Positions 1 through 11,009 are shown, numbered from the stretch's first letter. The stretch: DNA of 64,000 nucleotides from an uncultured delta proteobacterium (GCA_963736855.1 CAVTQK010000020.1:32001-96000), one strand, 5' to 3'. Numbers and translations: made by a program. Notes: generated by a model from the letters alone, not told the origin.

Positions 1-1
1 C

Positions 2-910
2 ATCCGGGATCACGAGACGGTGGTCGGGGCCATTCAGAAACTCTTTTCCGAAAACCATTTCAAGGTCAAGAACGTCGCCACTTCCATCGGCGGATATTCC
101 GTCATCGTCAAGAAAATCAACATCCAGAACATGCCTGAAGAACAACTCCAGGACACCATCGCCTTCGAGGCGGAACAATACATCCCCTTCGACATCAACG
201 ACGTGAACCTCGATTTTCAGATTTTAGGGGAAAATGAAACCAATCCGAACCAGATGAGCGTTCTTCTGGTGGCGGCCCGGAAGGACATGATCGACGAATA
301 CGTCAGCCTCATCGACCTGGCCGGTTTAAACCCCTGCGTGGTCGACGTGGATGCCTTCGCCCTCCAGAATTGTTACGAAGCCAATTATCCATCCGAGGAC
401 GGGTCCAATGTGGCCCTCATCGATATCGGGGCCAGCAAAACATCCCTTAATATCCTCAGGGGCACCACCTCCGAGTTCATCCGCGACATCTCCTCCGGAT
501 GCGATCAGATCAACACCCAGATCATGTCGGCTTTCAATTGCACCTTCGAGGAGTCCGAGAGGCTCAAGTTCGGAAAAGCACCCGACAACCGGTCAGCCGA
601 AGAGGTGGAAGATATTGTTCATTCGGTGGTGTCCGAATGGAGCCGGGAAGTCCGGAGAGCGCTCGATTTTTATTACTCCTCATTCCCGGAAAATCAGATT
701 CAACAAATCTTGCTCAGCGGGGGAGGGGCCAACGTCAAGTCGTTCCAGAAACTGATCGCCGAAGAGGCCCAAACGCAAGTGAACACCCTGAATCCTTTCG
801 CCAATGTGTCCGCCGAAACGATTCCGGGAGGTACGGAGAGCCTGAACCGGATCGGCCCCCAGGCCGCCATCTGCTTGGGACTGGCCCTCAGGAGAATGGA
901 CGACAAATGA
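2..910 (+). CDS. pilM: Type IV pilus assembly protein PilM (5' end outside window)
   Basis: Actin-like PilM motifs (EAEQYIPFD, LIDIGASKT, LSGGGA, C-terminal GLALR); first gene of a pilMNOPQ arrangement. Confidence 0.93.
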   Translation: MRDHETVVGAIQKLFSENHFKVKNVATSIGGYSVIVKKINIQNMPEEQLQDTIAFEAEQYIPFDINDVNLDFQILGENETNPNQMSVLLVAARKDMIDEYVSLIDLAGLNPCVVDVDAFALQNCYEANYPSEDGSNVALIDIGASKTSLNILRGTTSEFIRDISSGCDQINTQIMSAFNCTFEESERLKFGKAPDNRSAEEVEDIVHSVVSEWSREVRRALDFYYSSFPENQIQQILLSGGGANVKSFQKLIAEEAQTQVNTLNPFANVSAETIPGGTESLNRIGPQAAICLGLALRRMDDK

Positions 911-1510
911 TTCGGATCAACCTGCTTCCCTATCGAGAAAAGCGAAAGAAGGAAAACGTCCGGCGACAGGTTTCCATTTTCGCCCTGTCCTTCATCTTTT
1001 TTCTGTTTGCCCTGTTTTATCTTCAAAAGTTTTTAAACGATAAAATCCAAACAAAAAAAGTCGAGATCACCTCGACAAAAAATGAGCTGGTCAAATATGA
1101 CGCTATCAACAAGGAGATCGACGAAATCACCAAAAAGCTCGATGTCCTGCAGAAAAAAACGACGGTCATTCAAAACCTTCAACTTCAACGCCACAAAGCC
1201 GTTCAGCTTCTGGATATGATGACCCGAGCCATCATCGCCAAGCGGATGTGGTTCACTCGCCTCGAATCGGGAATCGATACGGTCACCATCGACGGCATCG
1301 CCCTCGACAACAAGACCGTGGCCGATTTCATGACCAATCTGGAGAACACGCGATTGTTTGCCGCCGTAAACCTGAAAAGCATCCGCCAGGAAACGATCCG
1401 GGAGAAAAACATCAACCTAAAAAAATTCGAGATTGTCTGTAATCAAGCCCCATCTGCCCTCTGCGGCGGGCACGACAGAAAAAGCGGGCACGACAGAGAA
1501 GAAGAAATGA
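907..1510 (+). CDS. pilN: Type IV pilus assembly protein PilN (apparent 1-bp frameshift near 1448-1451 makes it read through into pilO)
   Basis: Starts MIRINLLP (PilM-binding motif) at an ATGA overlap with the pilM stop, followed by a TM helix and coiled coil. The +1 frame from about 1457 reads PSAAGTTEKAGTTEKKK and stops at TGA 1508-1510, overlapping the pilO ATG. Confidence 0.85.
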
Positions 1511-2130
1511 AAAAATTCGATATTTCGGAAAAGATCGTCACCCCGATTATCGGCTCGGTTTCCCGGCTGACGAAGGTTCAAAAAATTCTGATCGCTGCAG
1601 GACTTTTCGTCCTTGTGGGCGGTGGAATCACGTACTTTTCCTACTTTCCGAAATACAAAGAGATCACCAACCTGACCAAGGAGCACATGAAACTGGAACA
1701 GGACCTGGCCCGATCCAAACGAAAGGCCGCGGAAATCGACTCCCACCGCAAGAAGATGGAAATTGCTGAAAAAGAGTTCCGGCAGGCCCTCCAGGCGCTT
1801 CCGGAAAAAACGGAAATCCCATCTTTGCTTACCAATGTATCCCGCTCGGGGCAAGCCAGCGGACTGGAGTTTCTGCTCTTTCAGCCCCAGACAGAGGTGG
1901 GAAAAGAATTTTATGCGGAAATTCCCGTATCGATGCAGGTGGATGGAAATTATCACAATGTGGGCATGTTTTTCGACAAAGTGTCCAGGCTTTCCCGAAT
2001 CGTCAATATCCAAGACATCAAGATGAACGCCCAGAACAGCCCGCTGCCTCTGCGAACCTCCTGTACGGCAGTCACCTATCGTTTCGTGGAAGCGCCGCCT
2101 CCGAAAAAAGAGGAGCCCAAGAAAAAATAG
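1507..2130 (+). CDS. pilO: Type IV pilus assembly protein PilO
   Basis: N-terminal TM and coiled coil; PilO motifs LPEKTEIPSLL, FYAEIPVSM, GNYHNVGMFF, LSRIVNI. Confidence 0.9.
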   Translation: MKKFDISEKIVTPIIGSVSRLTKVQKILIAAGLFVLVGGGITYFSYFPKYKEITNLTKEHMKLEQDLARSKRKAAEIDSHRKKMEIAEKEFRQALQALPEKTEIPSLLTNVSRSGQASGLEFLLFQPQTEVGKEFYAEIPVSMQVDGNYHNVGMFFDKVSRLSRIVNIQDIKMNAQNSPLPLRTSCTAVTYRFVEAPPPKKEEPKKK

Positions 2131-2891
2131 TGATGCGCAACCTAAAAGACCGATCAAGCCCAAGACGATACAACCCATTTCTATCACCAATGGTGATTGC
2201 CGTGGGTATCCTCTTTCTGGCAGGTTTATTCTCAGGGTGTGACTCGAAAACCAGCACCCCTCAGACGCCCCAGGTCGTCACCAAAAAGCTGGTTCAGGAA
2301 AAAGCACCGGATTCGACGGCAGTAATAGTAAAGCCAGTCAAAACCGAAACCAAAGAAACAGCGGAAGCGGCTAAAGCCATACCGACACCGACACCGGCCC
2401 CGACACCGGCTAAAGAAGAAACGGTGCAGCCTTCCCAAGAACCTCCCGGAACCCAACCTGCGCCGAAGCCCGCCGACGTCCTGGCCGCCCTTGGAACGGC
2501 CATCCAGGAATCCACCGTTTCTTCAGGCATCTCCTACAATCCGGAGGGGAAAATCGATCCCTTTGAACCCTTGTTCCGCCGGGAGCCCACAGAAAAGACC
2601 GCAAAAAAGAAAGCGCGCCAAGGGCCCCTCACACCCCTGGAGAGGGTGGACTTAAGCCAGCTCAAGCTCACCGGCGTGATCATGGCCCCCAGCGGGAGCA
2701 AGGCCCTCATCAGTGAGGCCTCCGGAAAAGCATACATCGCAAAAGAAGGAACCCTCATCGGGATGAACTCGGGCCGGATCATCCAGATCCTGAAAGATCG
2801 CATCATCGTGGAAGAAGAAGTCGAAGATATGATGGGAAACGTCACCTTACAAAAAAAAGAAATGACTCTTCAGAAACCCCCTGGAGAATAA
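2130..2891 (+). CDS. pilP: Type IV pilus assembly lipoprotein PilP
   Basis: Lipobox LFSGC, Pro/Ala-rich linker, DPFEP, TPLERVDLSQLKLTGVI; lies between pilO and pilQ; exact start uncertain. Confidence 0.9.
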   Translation: MMRNLKDRSSPRRYNPFLSPMVIAVGILFLAGLFSGCDSKTSTPQTPQVVTKKLVQEKAPDSTAVIVKPVKTETKETAEAAKAIPTPTPAPTPAKEETVQPSQEPPGTQPAPKPADVLAALGTAIQESTVSSGISYNPEGKIDPFEPLFRREPTEKTAKKKARQGPLTPLERVDLSQLKLTGVIMAPSGSKALISEASGKAYIAKEGTLIGMNSGRIIQILKDRIIVEEEVEDMMGNVTLQKKEMTLQKPPGE

Positions 2892-2894
2892 GAA

Positions 2895-5478
2895 ATGAAT
2901 CCCAAAAGCCCATCGTCGTTATTACCGGTCATCACCTGTGCCTGTCTGGTGTTGCTTTTTCTCGGATTGGTCGGGTGTGCCGGCACCCAGAAAACATCCG
3001 CAGCGCCGGATTCAGCCGTACCGGCACCGGAAAATTCGGCCGTCATCACGAAAATCTCCGTTTCCGAGGGCGTCGATACGCTGGAGGTCCAAATCGTCGG
3101 CGACTCACTGCTGACCTTTACCTCGGTGAAGCAACCGTCGCCCCTGGGTGTGGTGCTCTACTTCCCGAAGACCCAGCTCAAAGACGCGGATTCGGAATAT
3201 CCGGTTAAGAACGAACCGGTGGAAAGAGTCACGGTGTCGACTCCCCAGGAAGCCGACCTTCCGCTGCGCATCGAAATCGCCTTAACCCAAGATGTCCCTT
3301 ACGATATCCTCAGAGAAAACCAGACCCTGAAGGTCATCTTCCCGAAACCGGGTAAAAAACAAAGCCTGGCTTCCTCGAATCCATCCCCTAAAGCGGCGGA
3401 ACCGGTCAAAGCAAAAGATCCTTTTGCAGGAATGCCTGCGCCGACCCACGTGGAATCCGTGACGACCCAGCTCATCGAAAACGGCATCCAGATCAACGTG
3501 GCCGCCGACGGCCCCATTAAAGACTTCAAGGCCTTCACGGTGGAAGATCCGACCCGGATCGTATTTGATATCCCCGCCGTCAAAAGCCCGTTCAAGCGGG
3601 AAATGCTGATTCCCGTCGATGGAATCTGGATCAAACGCGTCCGCTACTACGGATATCCGGACAAGGTCCGGGTGGTTCTGGATGCGGAAAAGGCTTTCAT
3701 GAACGCCTACAAGGCAGAACCGGTTGAAAAAGGATTGCGCATCCAGGTGGGTGACACGGTCACAGTCGCCAAAAAGGCGGTCGCGGCCGCCGAGGTTTCC
3801 GCCGCCAAAGACCGGGAACCGGCCTGGGTAAACCGGATCGACTTTTTAAGCGAAGCCGCCGGAAAATCCGCGGTCGTCGTGGGGACCTCACGAGCAGTCC
3901 AGCATACCCTGAAAAAGGGACCCAAGAATACACTGGTTTTAACGCTTCTCAACACCCAGCTTCCCGATTTTCGTAAACAGCCCCTGATCACCACGCGCTT
4001 TGAAAGCGCCGTCAACCGGATCATCCCGGTCCAGACCCCGGAGATGAAGGACCGATGCATTGTGAATTTAGAGCTGCGGGAGGCCGTCCCCTACCGGGTG
4101 GAAGAAGCGGAAAATGAAATCCGGATCCATTTCGAAGCGTCCACGATCCCGCCCAAGCCGTTGATCGTGGCCGAACTCCCGGAGTGGAAAAAGGTCATGG
4201 AAGAAACGGCCGCGGCCGCGCAAAAAGAGACGGCAGGGGAGTCTGAAGCCAAGCGTTACACGGGTGAAAAGATCGCCCTGGACTTTTACGAAACCGACAT
4301 CAAGAACGTCTTCCGCATTCTCAAGGAGGTCTCCGGAAAAAACTTCGCCATCGACAACGATGTGACCGGGAAGGTGACCCTTTCCTTCGATAAGCCGGTT
4401 CCCTGGGACCAGATCATGGACCTGGTGCTGAAGATGAATAAACTCGGCAAGATCGAAGAAGGAGAGATTATCCGCATCGCCAAACTCGATACCATGATCG
4501 CGGAACAGAAAAAGTTCGAGGAAAAAGAGGACACCCGGCCCCTGACCACCGAATACATCCTGGTCAATTACGCCAGCGCCGAAACAGACGCCAAGCCCCT
4601 CATCGAACCCATCCTCACGAAACGGGGAAAGATCACCGTCAATTCCCGCACCAACCAGATCATTATCACCGACGTGGCGGACCGCATCGATCGGGCCAAG
4701 GAGATCGTCCGGAAGATCGACAGGGTTACACCCTCAGGTCATGATCGAGGCAAGGATCGTGGAAGCCGGGCTTGATTTCACCCGAAGCATCGGGATCAAC
4801 TGGACGTTATCGGGCGGCCCCATCTTCAAAAAGTTTCTCGGCGGGCAGTACGATTACGATTTCGGGTTCAATTATCCGGGCCCCGGCACCAACAATTTCG
4901 GCTTCTCATTCGACAAATTCCTGGGAAGCCCGCTGAACCTTGATCTTCAATTGAGCCTGGAAGAGGCGAATCGCAACGTCAAGATCGTTTCCGCACCAAA
5001 AGTCGCCACGGCCAACAATGTGGAGGCCCTCATTTCCCAGGGATTCGAATTCCCTTACCTGGAGCGGGACGAGACGGGTCTTGCAACCATCAAGTTCAAG
5101 AAGATCGACCTGGAACTCAAGGTCACGCCTCAGATCACCAACGACAATCGCATTTCGACGATCATCAAGCTCAAAAAAGAAGACATCTCCGAACTGGTGT
5201 CAACGCCGACCGGGGATGTCCCGGCACTTTCCACCCACAAGGCCGAAACCCAGCTCATGGTCAATGACGGCGATACCATCGTAATCGGCGGGATCATCCG
5301 GGATCGGGAAGACAAGGCCAAGCGCGGGTTCCCCTGGCTGTCCGACATCCCTTTCCTGGGTTGGCTCTTCAAGCAGCAGACGGATAGCAAGGAAATGACG
5401 GAGCTGATCGTCTTCATCACCCCCAAAATCGTCCGCCTGGAACCGGGCGTGCTCCAGACCCGGAGCACCCTTCAGTAG
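2895..5478 (+). CDS. pilQ: Type IV pilus secretin PilQ with AMIN domains (frameshift at about 4731-4733)
   Basis: ORFs 2895-4775 and 4741-5478 join into RVTPQVMIEARIVE if one C is removed; AMIN-like repeats, YTGEKIALDF N0 domain, secretin signature PWLSDIPFLGWLF...ELIVFITPKI. Confidence 0.92.
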
Positions 5479-5534
5479 GTAATATGGAACATCACATGGA
5501 TGCGAATCGCAATTTAAAAGGAAGGTTTGGCGCC

Positions 5535-6578
5535 ATGAAACAAATATCCCTTCGATTCGGGCTTTGTATCCTTTTGGCGGCCCTGGCGGTGCCGGCCCTG
5601 ACCGGCTGCAGTTCAGACTCCATGTCTTCACAGATCACGCTGACGACGAGTCGAAGCAGCATCCCCGCCGACGGCAACACCACGGCCGAAATCACGGCCA
5701 CGATTTTGGGATATGACGGCGAACCCGTCCCCATCGGGACTTCAATGCATTTCACCACCTCCAGGGGCCTGTTCACCACAGGCCTGTCCTACCTCACGGT
5801 GGGGACCACCGATACCACCGGAACCGTCAGGGTATATCTCATGGCCCCGCTCCGGACCACACCGGGAGCCGCCAACGTGACGTGCCAGTCCAACGACGTC
5901 ACCCGGTCCATAAACGTGGATATTACCCTCTCCGGCCCACCGGGGGAAACGGCCCGCATTGAACTAACAGCCGATCCCACCGAGATCCCGGCCGACGGCA
6001 CGCCTTCTACCATCACGGCCACGCTGACTGACGGAAACGAGGACCCGGTGAACATCGGGACTTCGGCCACCTTCAGAACCGACAGGGGGATCTTCCAGAA
6101 CGGGAGCACCGTTTTTACCGATGTCACCCGGGATGTAAGCGGAACCATCATCGCCTACCTCACCGCCCCGGATGGCACCGAGTCGGGCCCGGCCAACATC
6201 ACCTGTACCTCCAACGGAGTCACCGCCCAGGTCACGGTGTACGTCGGCGGAACTGGGGTGTCGCTCGTTTTGACAGCACCAGCCAGCGTCGCTGAAGGAG
6301 CAGATTTCAACCATCACCGCCACGGTCACCGACTACAACGGCGATCCGGTGATCCCCGGGACGCAAGTCCTATTCTCGGCCCGGTCGGGCGAATTCTCCA
6401 ACGGCGAATTGAGTATTTCTGCCCAGACCAGACGCGTCCGGTGAAGCCGACCGTGGATTGGACCGCCCAATGCGACCCCGGGGTTTACCGCATTCGGGCA
6501 TCTTCGGGGAACGCCTCGGCACAAATCTCAATTCAAGTACCCACCCTAATGTCGTCGGGAATGGCAGGGGGCTCATAA
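5535..6578 (+). CDS. Lipoprotein with three bacterial Ig-like (invasin/Big_1-like) repeats; third repeat disturbed by compensating indels
   Basis: Signal peptide with lipobox ALTGC; repeats IPADG...ITATI/L...G.PV.IGT...F.T.RG.F; third repeat reads TITATVTDYNGDPVIPGTQVLFSA in a shifted frame; true stop uncertain. Confidence 0.75.
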   Translation: MKQISLRFGLCILLAALAVPALTGCSSDSMSSQITLTTSRSSIPADGNTTAEITATILGYDGEPVPIGTSMHFTTSRGLFTTGLSYLTVGTTDTTGTVRVYLMAPLRTTPGAANVTCQSNDVTRSINVDITLSGPPGETARIELTADPTEIPADGTPSTITATLTDGNEDPVNIGTSATFRTDRGIFQNGSTVFTDVTRDVSGTIIAYLTAPDGTESGPANITCTSNGVTAQVTVYVGGTGVSLVLTAPASVAEGADFNHHRHGHRLQRRSGDPRDASPILGPVGRILQRRIEYFCPDQTRPVKPTVDWTAQCDPGVYRIRASSGNASAQISIQVPTLMSSGMAGGS

Positions 6579-6602
6579 AAAGGGGTCCGCCTAAAAAGAC
6601 AG

Positions 6603-6651
6603 AGCGCCGGCAGATCCTAAAAACATCGGGATCTGCCGGCGCTTTTGTTTT
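6603..6651 (+). terminator. Rho-independent terminator of the pil operon
   Basis: Perfect 15-bp stem AGCGCCGGCAGATCC / GGATCTGCCGGCGCT followed by TTTGTTTT. Confidence 0.85.
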
Positions 6652-6659
6652 AAAGATTC

Positions 6660-6804
6660 AATGCAGTTGTAAAAGTCTTTTGCGAGCGAGATTCGAGCCT
6701 TTTCGGATAAAGAGAGGCGGGGCGAGTTCTTGAGATTCAGCGAAGCCCTGAGCATCTCCCGAAAAGGGTCGCCGAGCAAGCAAAACGGCTTTTGACGCGC
6801 CCTC
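6660..6804. repeat. Long imperfect hairpin; possible degenerate MITE/REP-like element
   Basis: Nested inverted segments AAAAGTC/GGCTTTT, TTTTGC/GCAAAA, CCTTTTCGG/CCGAAAAGG; ends resemble the termini of the 153-bp MITE. Confidence 0.45.
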
Positions 6805-6832
6805 CACTTTTGTTCAAACAGGCTTCTTCCTT

Positions 6833-7585
6833 TTATTTCAGGCCCGAGGCCGCTTTTTTGGCTGCCTGGCCACTTTTACCTTGCGGGTCCAGTGCGATGA
6901 CCTTGGCATACCCTTCTTTCGCCTTTTTAACATCCCCCAGGGCCTTATAGGTGTCGGCAAGCTCCAGATGCAGCTCCGCAGCATCAGGAGCGAGTTTTAC
7001 CGCTCTTTCAAGAGCCTTAACCGCATTGCTATTTTGGCCGGCAGCACGGTAGGTCAAGCCCAACCCCCTCCAGGCAGTGACGTATTCCGGGTCCTTTTTC
7101 AGTGCTTCCAGGTAATACTTTCCGGCTTCGGTGAAGTCTTTTTTATTGTAATAGGCAAATCCCAGATTGGACAGAGGGATCTGGGGCGTGGCATACAGAT
7201 CGTCCTCGACGGTCTCCTTGAACACGACGATGGCGGCGTCCCACTCCTGGCGCATCAGGTGGATCACCCCGAGACTGTTTTTAGCCGCCGAATATCCGGT
7301 TTTAAGGGCGATGGCCTTCTTGAAGTGCGCTTCTGCAAGATCGAGCTTTTCCTTGGCCATGTAAACAAGCCCCATGTCATACTGGAGATAGGGGTCTTCG
7401 GGATTAAGCGCTTCGGCCTTGATGAACTCGTTAAGGGCGGATGTGTGCTTTCCCTGCATCATGTAGGATTCCCCGAGGTTGCGGGTGGCCGCGGACTGTC
7501 TATTACGGGCTTCCCGATTTCCCGCGCAGGAAACGACTCCAAGGCAAAAAACAAGAACCCAAGTGATTGCCGGCAGTTTTTTCAT
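6833..7585 (-). CDS. TPR lipoprotein, PilF/PilW/Tgl-like secretin pilotin
   Basis: Lipobox VVSC, tandem TPRs, DLYATPQIPLSNLG motif typical of PilF/Tgl; adjacent to the pilQ operon. Confidence 0.8.
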   Translation of the reverse strand: MKKLPAITWVLVFCLGVVSCAGNREARNRQSAATRNLGESYMMQGKHTSALNEFIKAEALNPEDPYLQYDMGLVYMAKEKLDLAEAHFKKAIALKTGYSAAKNSLGVIHLMRQEWDAAIVVFKETVEDDLYATPQIPLSNLGFAYYNKKDFTEAGKYYLEALKKDPEYVTAWRGLGLTYRAAGQNSNAVKALERAVKLAPDAAELHLELADTYKALGDVKKAKEGYAKVIALDPQGKSGQAAKKAASGLK

Positions 7586-7638
7586 CTTGGTTTCCCCATT
7601 ATCTGGTCTCTTGATGGTTATGGTCGTATGTGAAATCT

Positions 7639-7791
7639 GATGGCTTCATAAAAAGTCCATCTGCTGCGTTGCACTGCATCCTTCGTCATTGCGGCGTACC
7701 CATATGTACGCCTCTTTCCTCAGGATTTGAGCGCCTTGCATCTGAAGCTTTTTACTTTGCCATCCCAATTTTGAGTTTTTACGATTTCATC
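7639..7791 (+). mobile_element. 153-bp MITE, copy 1
   Basis: Near-identical to 27640-27792 (inverted) and 32526-32678; imperfect terminal inverted repeats; flanked on both sides by AAATCT. Confidence 0.9.
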
Positions 7792-7950
7792 AAATCTGAC
7801 CTTACCGCTTTGTGATTTGCGTTGACTTGAATCCTTGGACCCTTGACCGCTTGATTCGTTTTCTTCAAACCCATCCCCCTTTCAACGGCAGTGCGGCGAC
7901 CTGAATCGCGACTTTTTAACAACTGTCAGGACATCAGAAACAGGAAGCTC

Positions 7951-9459
7951 TCACGGTGTTGAGGTCTTTTTCAGGTTCAAACCCTTTGCAATGGCATTTG
8001 ACACAGTTTCTACAAATGTTTCGAGATCCTTGCCGTTCAGGGGTTTGCCGGCTTCCGGGACCTTGATCCCTTTGGGCCGAATCAACACCGGCGCGTTGAC
8101 CAGTTCGGGGTTGGTCTGCACATTGAATTCCGCCGCCAGCGTGCGGGAAAAATACTGATCCTGGAACCCCGAAAATTTGATGGCATGCGCCGTGGAGTCG
8201 AGGACGGCGATCTCGCCTTTTGAAACGATCCCGGCACCGACGGCCCGGATGAGGCCGGCCAGGGATTCCCCTCCATGGGTGCATGCGATGTGGCCGTTTC
8301 GGTTGGCCTCAAGCTGGCAGTCCATGATTTCCTGTTCGGTCACCTCGATGAAAAAGACCCGCTGCCTGCCGGCGGATTCGTTGAATCGGTCCACCAGGTG
8401 GATGACCCTGGGCATGGAAACCGGGTTCCCGATCATGGCGGCCTGAGCCACGCTGGGCCGAACGGCTACGGGGATAAACCGGCGCTTCTTAGGGTCCGGC
8501 TCCAGGTAGTACCGATAAACCGGATCGGCGTGTTCGGATTGGACCCCGATGACCTTGGGGAGCGCCTTGATGATCCCGGCTTCGTAGAATTTCAGGAAGC
8601 CGGAAAGGACGGCCGTGATGTTTCCCGCATTTCCGATGGGGACCACCACCACCCGGTCCGCCACGTCATAATCGAAGACCTGGGCGATTTCGAAAGAATA
8701 AGACTCCTGACCCAGGATCCGCCACGCGTTTTTGGAGTTGAGTAAAGCCACGGGATACCGGCTGGAGAGGTGCTCCACGATTTTCATGCAGTCGTCGAAG
8801 ACACCCGGGATCTCGAAGACCGCCGCCCCGCTCCCAAGGGGCTGGGAGAGCTGCTGGGGAGTGACTTTTTGATGCGGAAGAATCACCGCGGATCGGACAT
8901 GTGGCCTGAGATAGGCGGCATAGAGCGCGGCGGAGGCTGAGGTGTCGCCGGTGGATGCACACACGGCCAGGACGTTTTCGGCGTGCCCTTTTTGGATCAA
9001 GTAGTTGATGTAGCTCAGTGCGCTGGCCATCCCCCGGTCCTTGAAGGAGGCGCTGGGGTTCTGGCCGTCGTTTTTGAAATAAAAAGGGATTCCCACCCGT
9101 TGTTGAAGGATCTCGTTTGCAGCGATCACCGGCGTGTGCCCTTCTCCCAGATAGACCACCGCATCCAGGGGAAGCACCGGCCCGACAAATTCATGATATC
9201 GATAGATGCCGGCAAGGGCCGGGATTTTCAAGGCGCTCCGGAAGTCCAGGATACGCCGCCACAGGGGGGCAGGGGTCTTTTTGATCCGATCAAAATCCTG
9301 GTCTTCGATCATCAGGACCTGTCCGCAATCCGGGCAGGTATAAAGGAGCGTTTCGATGGGAAATTCCCCCCGGCATCCCAGGCATCGATAGGTCAACTTT
9401 CCCCCGGGTTCAGGAATCAGATAGGGCTGAACATCCTTAGGAAAGTCGGTCAGTTTCAT
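7951..9459 (-). CDS. thrC: Threonine synthase
   Basis: PLP lysine motif [26 protein letters not shown]-terminal CxxC..CxxC; ATGA overlap with the serS stop. Confidence 0.92.
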   Translation of the reverse strand: MKLTDFPKDVQPYLIPEPGGKLTYRCLGCRGEFPIETLLYTCPDCGQVLMIEDQDFDRIKKTPAPLWRRILDFRSALKIPALAGIYRYHEFVGPVLPLDAVVYLGEGHTPVIAANEILQQRVGIPFYFKNDGQNPSASFKDRGMASALSYINYLIQKGHAENVLAVCASTGDTSASAALYAAYLRPHVRSAVILPHQKVTPQQLSQPLGSGAAVFEIPGVFDDCMKIVEHLSSRYPVALLNSKNAWRILGQESYSFEIAQVFDYDVADRVVVVPIGNAGNITAVLSGFLKFYEAGIIKALPKVIGVQSEHADPVYRYYLEPDPKKRRFIPVAVRPSVAQAAMIGNPVSMPRVIHLVDRFNESAGRQRVFFIEVTEQEIMDCQLEANRNGHIACTHGGESLAGLIRAVGAGIVSKGEIAVLDSTAHAIKFSGFQDQYFSRTLAAEFNVQTNPELVNAPVLIRPKGIKVPEAGKPLNGKDLETFVETVSNAIAKGLNLKKTSTP

Positions 9460-10730
9460 GGCCGAATCGCCTCCAAGCCGCCCATGTAGGGCCTGAGGGC
9501 CTCCGGGATGATGACGGATCCGTCGGCCTGCTGGTTGTTTTCCAAGATGGCGGCTACCGTCCTTCCGACCGCCAGCCCGGATCCGTTGAGGGTGTGGACG
9601 AGTTCGGTTCCCTTTTTCCCTTTTCTTTTGAATCGGATGTCGGCTCTCCGGGCCTGAAAATCCTCAAAGTTGCTGCAGGAGGAGATCTCCCGATAGACCC
9701 CCTGGGTCGGCATCCACACTTCGATATCGTAGGTCTTGGCCGCGGAAAACCCCAAGTCGCCGGTACACAGGGTGACCACCCGGTAGGGAAGTTCGAGCCG
9801 CTTAAGAATCTTCTCCGCATCCGCCAGGAGGGTCTCCAGCGCCTCATAAGAAGTCTCCGGGGCGGAAAACCAGACCAGTTCCACCTTATTGAACTGGTGC
9901 TGGCGGATCAGCCCCCGGGTATCCTTCCCGTAGGACCCGGCCTCACTCCGGAAGCAGGGCGTGTAGGCCGTGTAACGGATGGGTAAAGCCTCCTCCTCCA
10001 GGACCTCTCCCTGGTGGATATTGGTCACCGGCACTTCGGCGGTGGGAACCAGGAAATAATCCCATCCTTTGAGCGCGAAAAGATCTTCCTCGAACTTGGG
10101 GAGCTGACCGGTGTGAGTCATGGACCTGCGGTTGACAATGAAAGGAGGAAGGACCTCCCGATACCCGCTTTCTTGGGTGTGAATGTCCAGCATGAAGTTG
10201 ATGAGGGCCCGCTCCAGACGTGCGCCGGCGCCGAAATAAAGCGGAAAGCGGGACCCGGTGATCCGGGCCGCCCTTTCGAAATCGAGAATACCGAGGCTCT
10301 CTCCAAGATCCCAATGGGCCTTAGGCTGGAAAGGAAACCGGGGGACTTCTCCGACCTCTTTTCGGACCGGGTTGTCGTTGCTGTCTTTTCCTGCCGGAAC
10401 GGAAGGATGCGGTATGTTCGGGATACTCAGAAGGATCCCGAAAAGTGTCTCTTCATTCTCGGAAAGAGCTTTTTCCAGCTCCTTGATCTTTGCGGAAACC
10501 CCCCGCATCTCCTCCACCAGCTCCAATGGCTCCTGGCCGCTTTTTTTCATGGCGGCAATGGTTTCCGATACCTTGTTGCGACGGTGTCTCAACGTCTCGA
10601 TCTGCGTGAGAGTCAGCCGTCGCTCTTCTTCATGGGTCATGAAGGCATCCAGGCTTGCTTGCTGCCTTCTCAGCGACAGAGACTCTTGCACCATGGATAA
10701 ATTTTGCCTGACGAACTTGATTTCCAGCAT
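9456..10730 (-). CDS. serS: Seryl-tRNA synthetase
   Basis: MLEIKFVR start, [50 protein letters not shown]. Confidence 0.97.
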   Translation of the reverse strand: MLEIKFVRQNLSMVQESLSLRRQQASLDAFMTHEEERRLTLTQIETLRHRRNKVSETIAAMKKSGQEPLELVEEMRGVSAKIKELEKALSENEETLFGILLSIPNIPHPSVPAGKDSNDNPVRKEVGEVPRFPFQPKAHWDLGESLGILDFERAARITGSRFPLYFGAGARLERALINFMLDIHTQESGYREVLPPFIVNRRSMTHTGQLPKFEEDLFALKGWDYFLVPTAEVPVTNIHQGEVLEEEALPIRYTAYTPCFRSEAGSYGKDTRGLIRQHQFNKVELVWFSAPETSYEALETLLADAEKILKRLELPYRVVTLCTGDLGFSAAKTYDIEVWMPTQGVYREISSCSNFEDFQARRADIRFKRKGKKGTELVHTLNGSGLAVGRTVAAILENNQQADGSVIIPEALRPYMGGLEAIRP

Positions 10731-10907
10731 GGCAATGCCTATTTTGTCGCAATAAAGTAAAAATATCGACCGGTTAACCGATGGAATGCCCCCGGCGGCC
10801 CGGGTAAAACGTTCATACGATACCCTCGCCCGTGTCAGGAGATGATTTTTCAAAACAACGGTGATTCCGTACCACGAACATGCTATTTCGTCAATGATTA
10901 TTATACG

Positions 10908-10936
10908 TTGACATTATATCCAAAAATCGGTATAAA
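10908..10936 (+). promoter_or_regulatory. Sigma70 promoter for the 5-FTHF cyclo-ligase gene
   Basis: TTGACA-17 bp-TATAAA. Confidence 0.7.
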
Positions 10937-11009
10937 CAAATGTTTTTAGGGATATCGACTGGCGGGCGTATGAAAATTTACCTGACAGATCCTGATAGAC
11001 ACCGGGAGT

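Noticed and set aside
499..906. N-terminal 136 aa of the 543-aa ORF
   Set aside because: Out-of-frame overlap with pilM; PilN starts at MIRINLLP (907)
2384..2410. Short CCGACA/CCGGCC repeats in pilP
   Set aside because: They encode a Pro-Thr/Ala linker
4725..4745. Programmed frameshift or phase variation in pilQ
   Set aside because: Only a CCC run, with no slippery heptamer or long tract; a simple indel explains it
7630..7815. Small ORFs reading DGF(I/V)KSPSAALHCILRHCGVP here and at 32520-32732
   Set aside because: They are translations of the MITE, with no evidence that they are genes
10731..11009. 6S RNA (ssrS), often found upstream of the 5-FTHF cyclo-ligase gene
   Set aside because: The clear promoter at 10908-10936 leaves only about 70 nt before the start codon, and I see no long 6S-like rod
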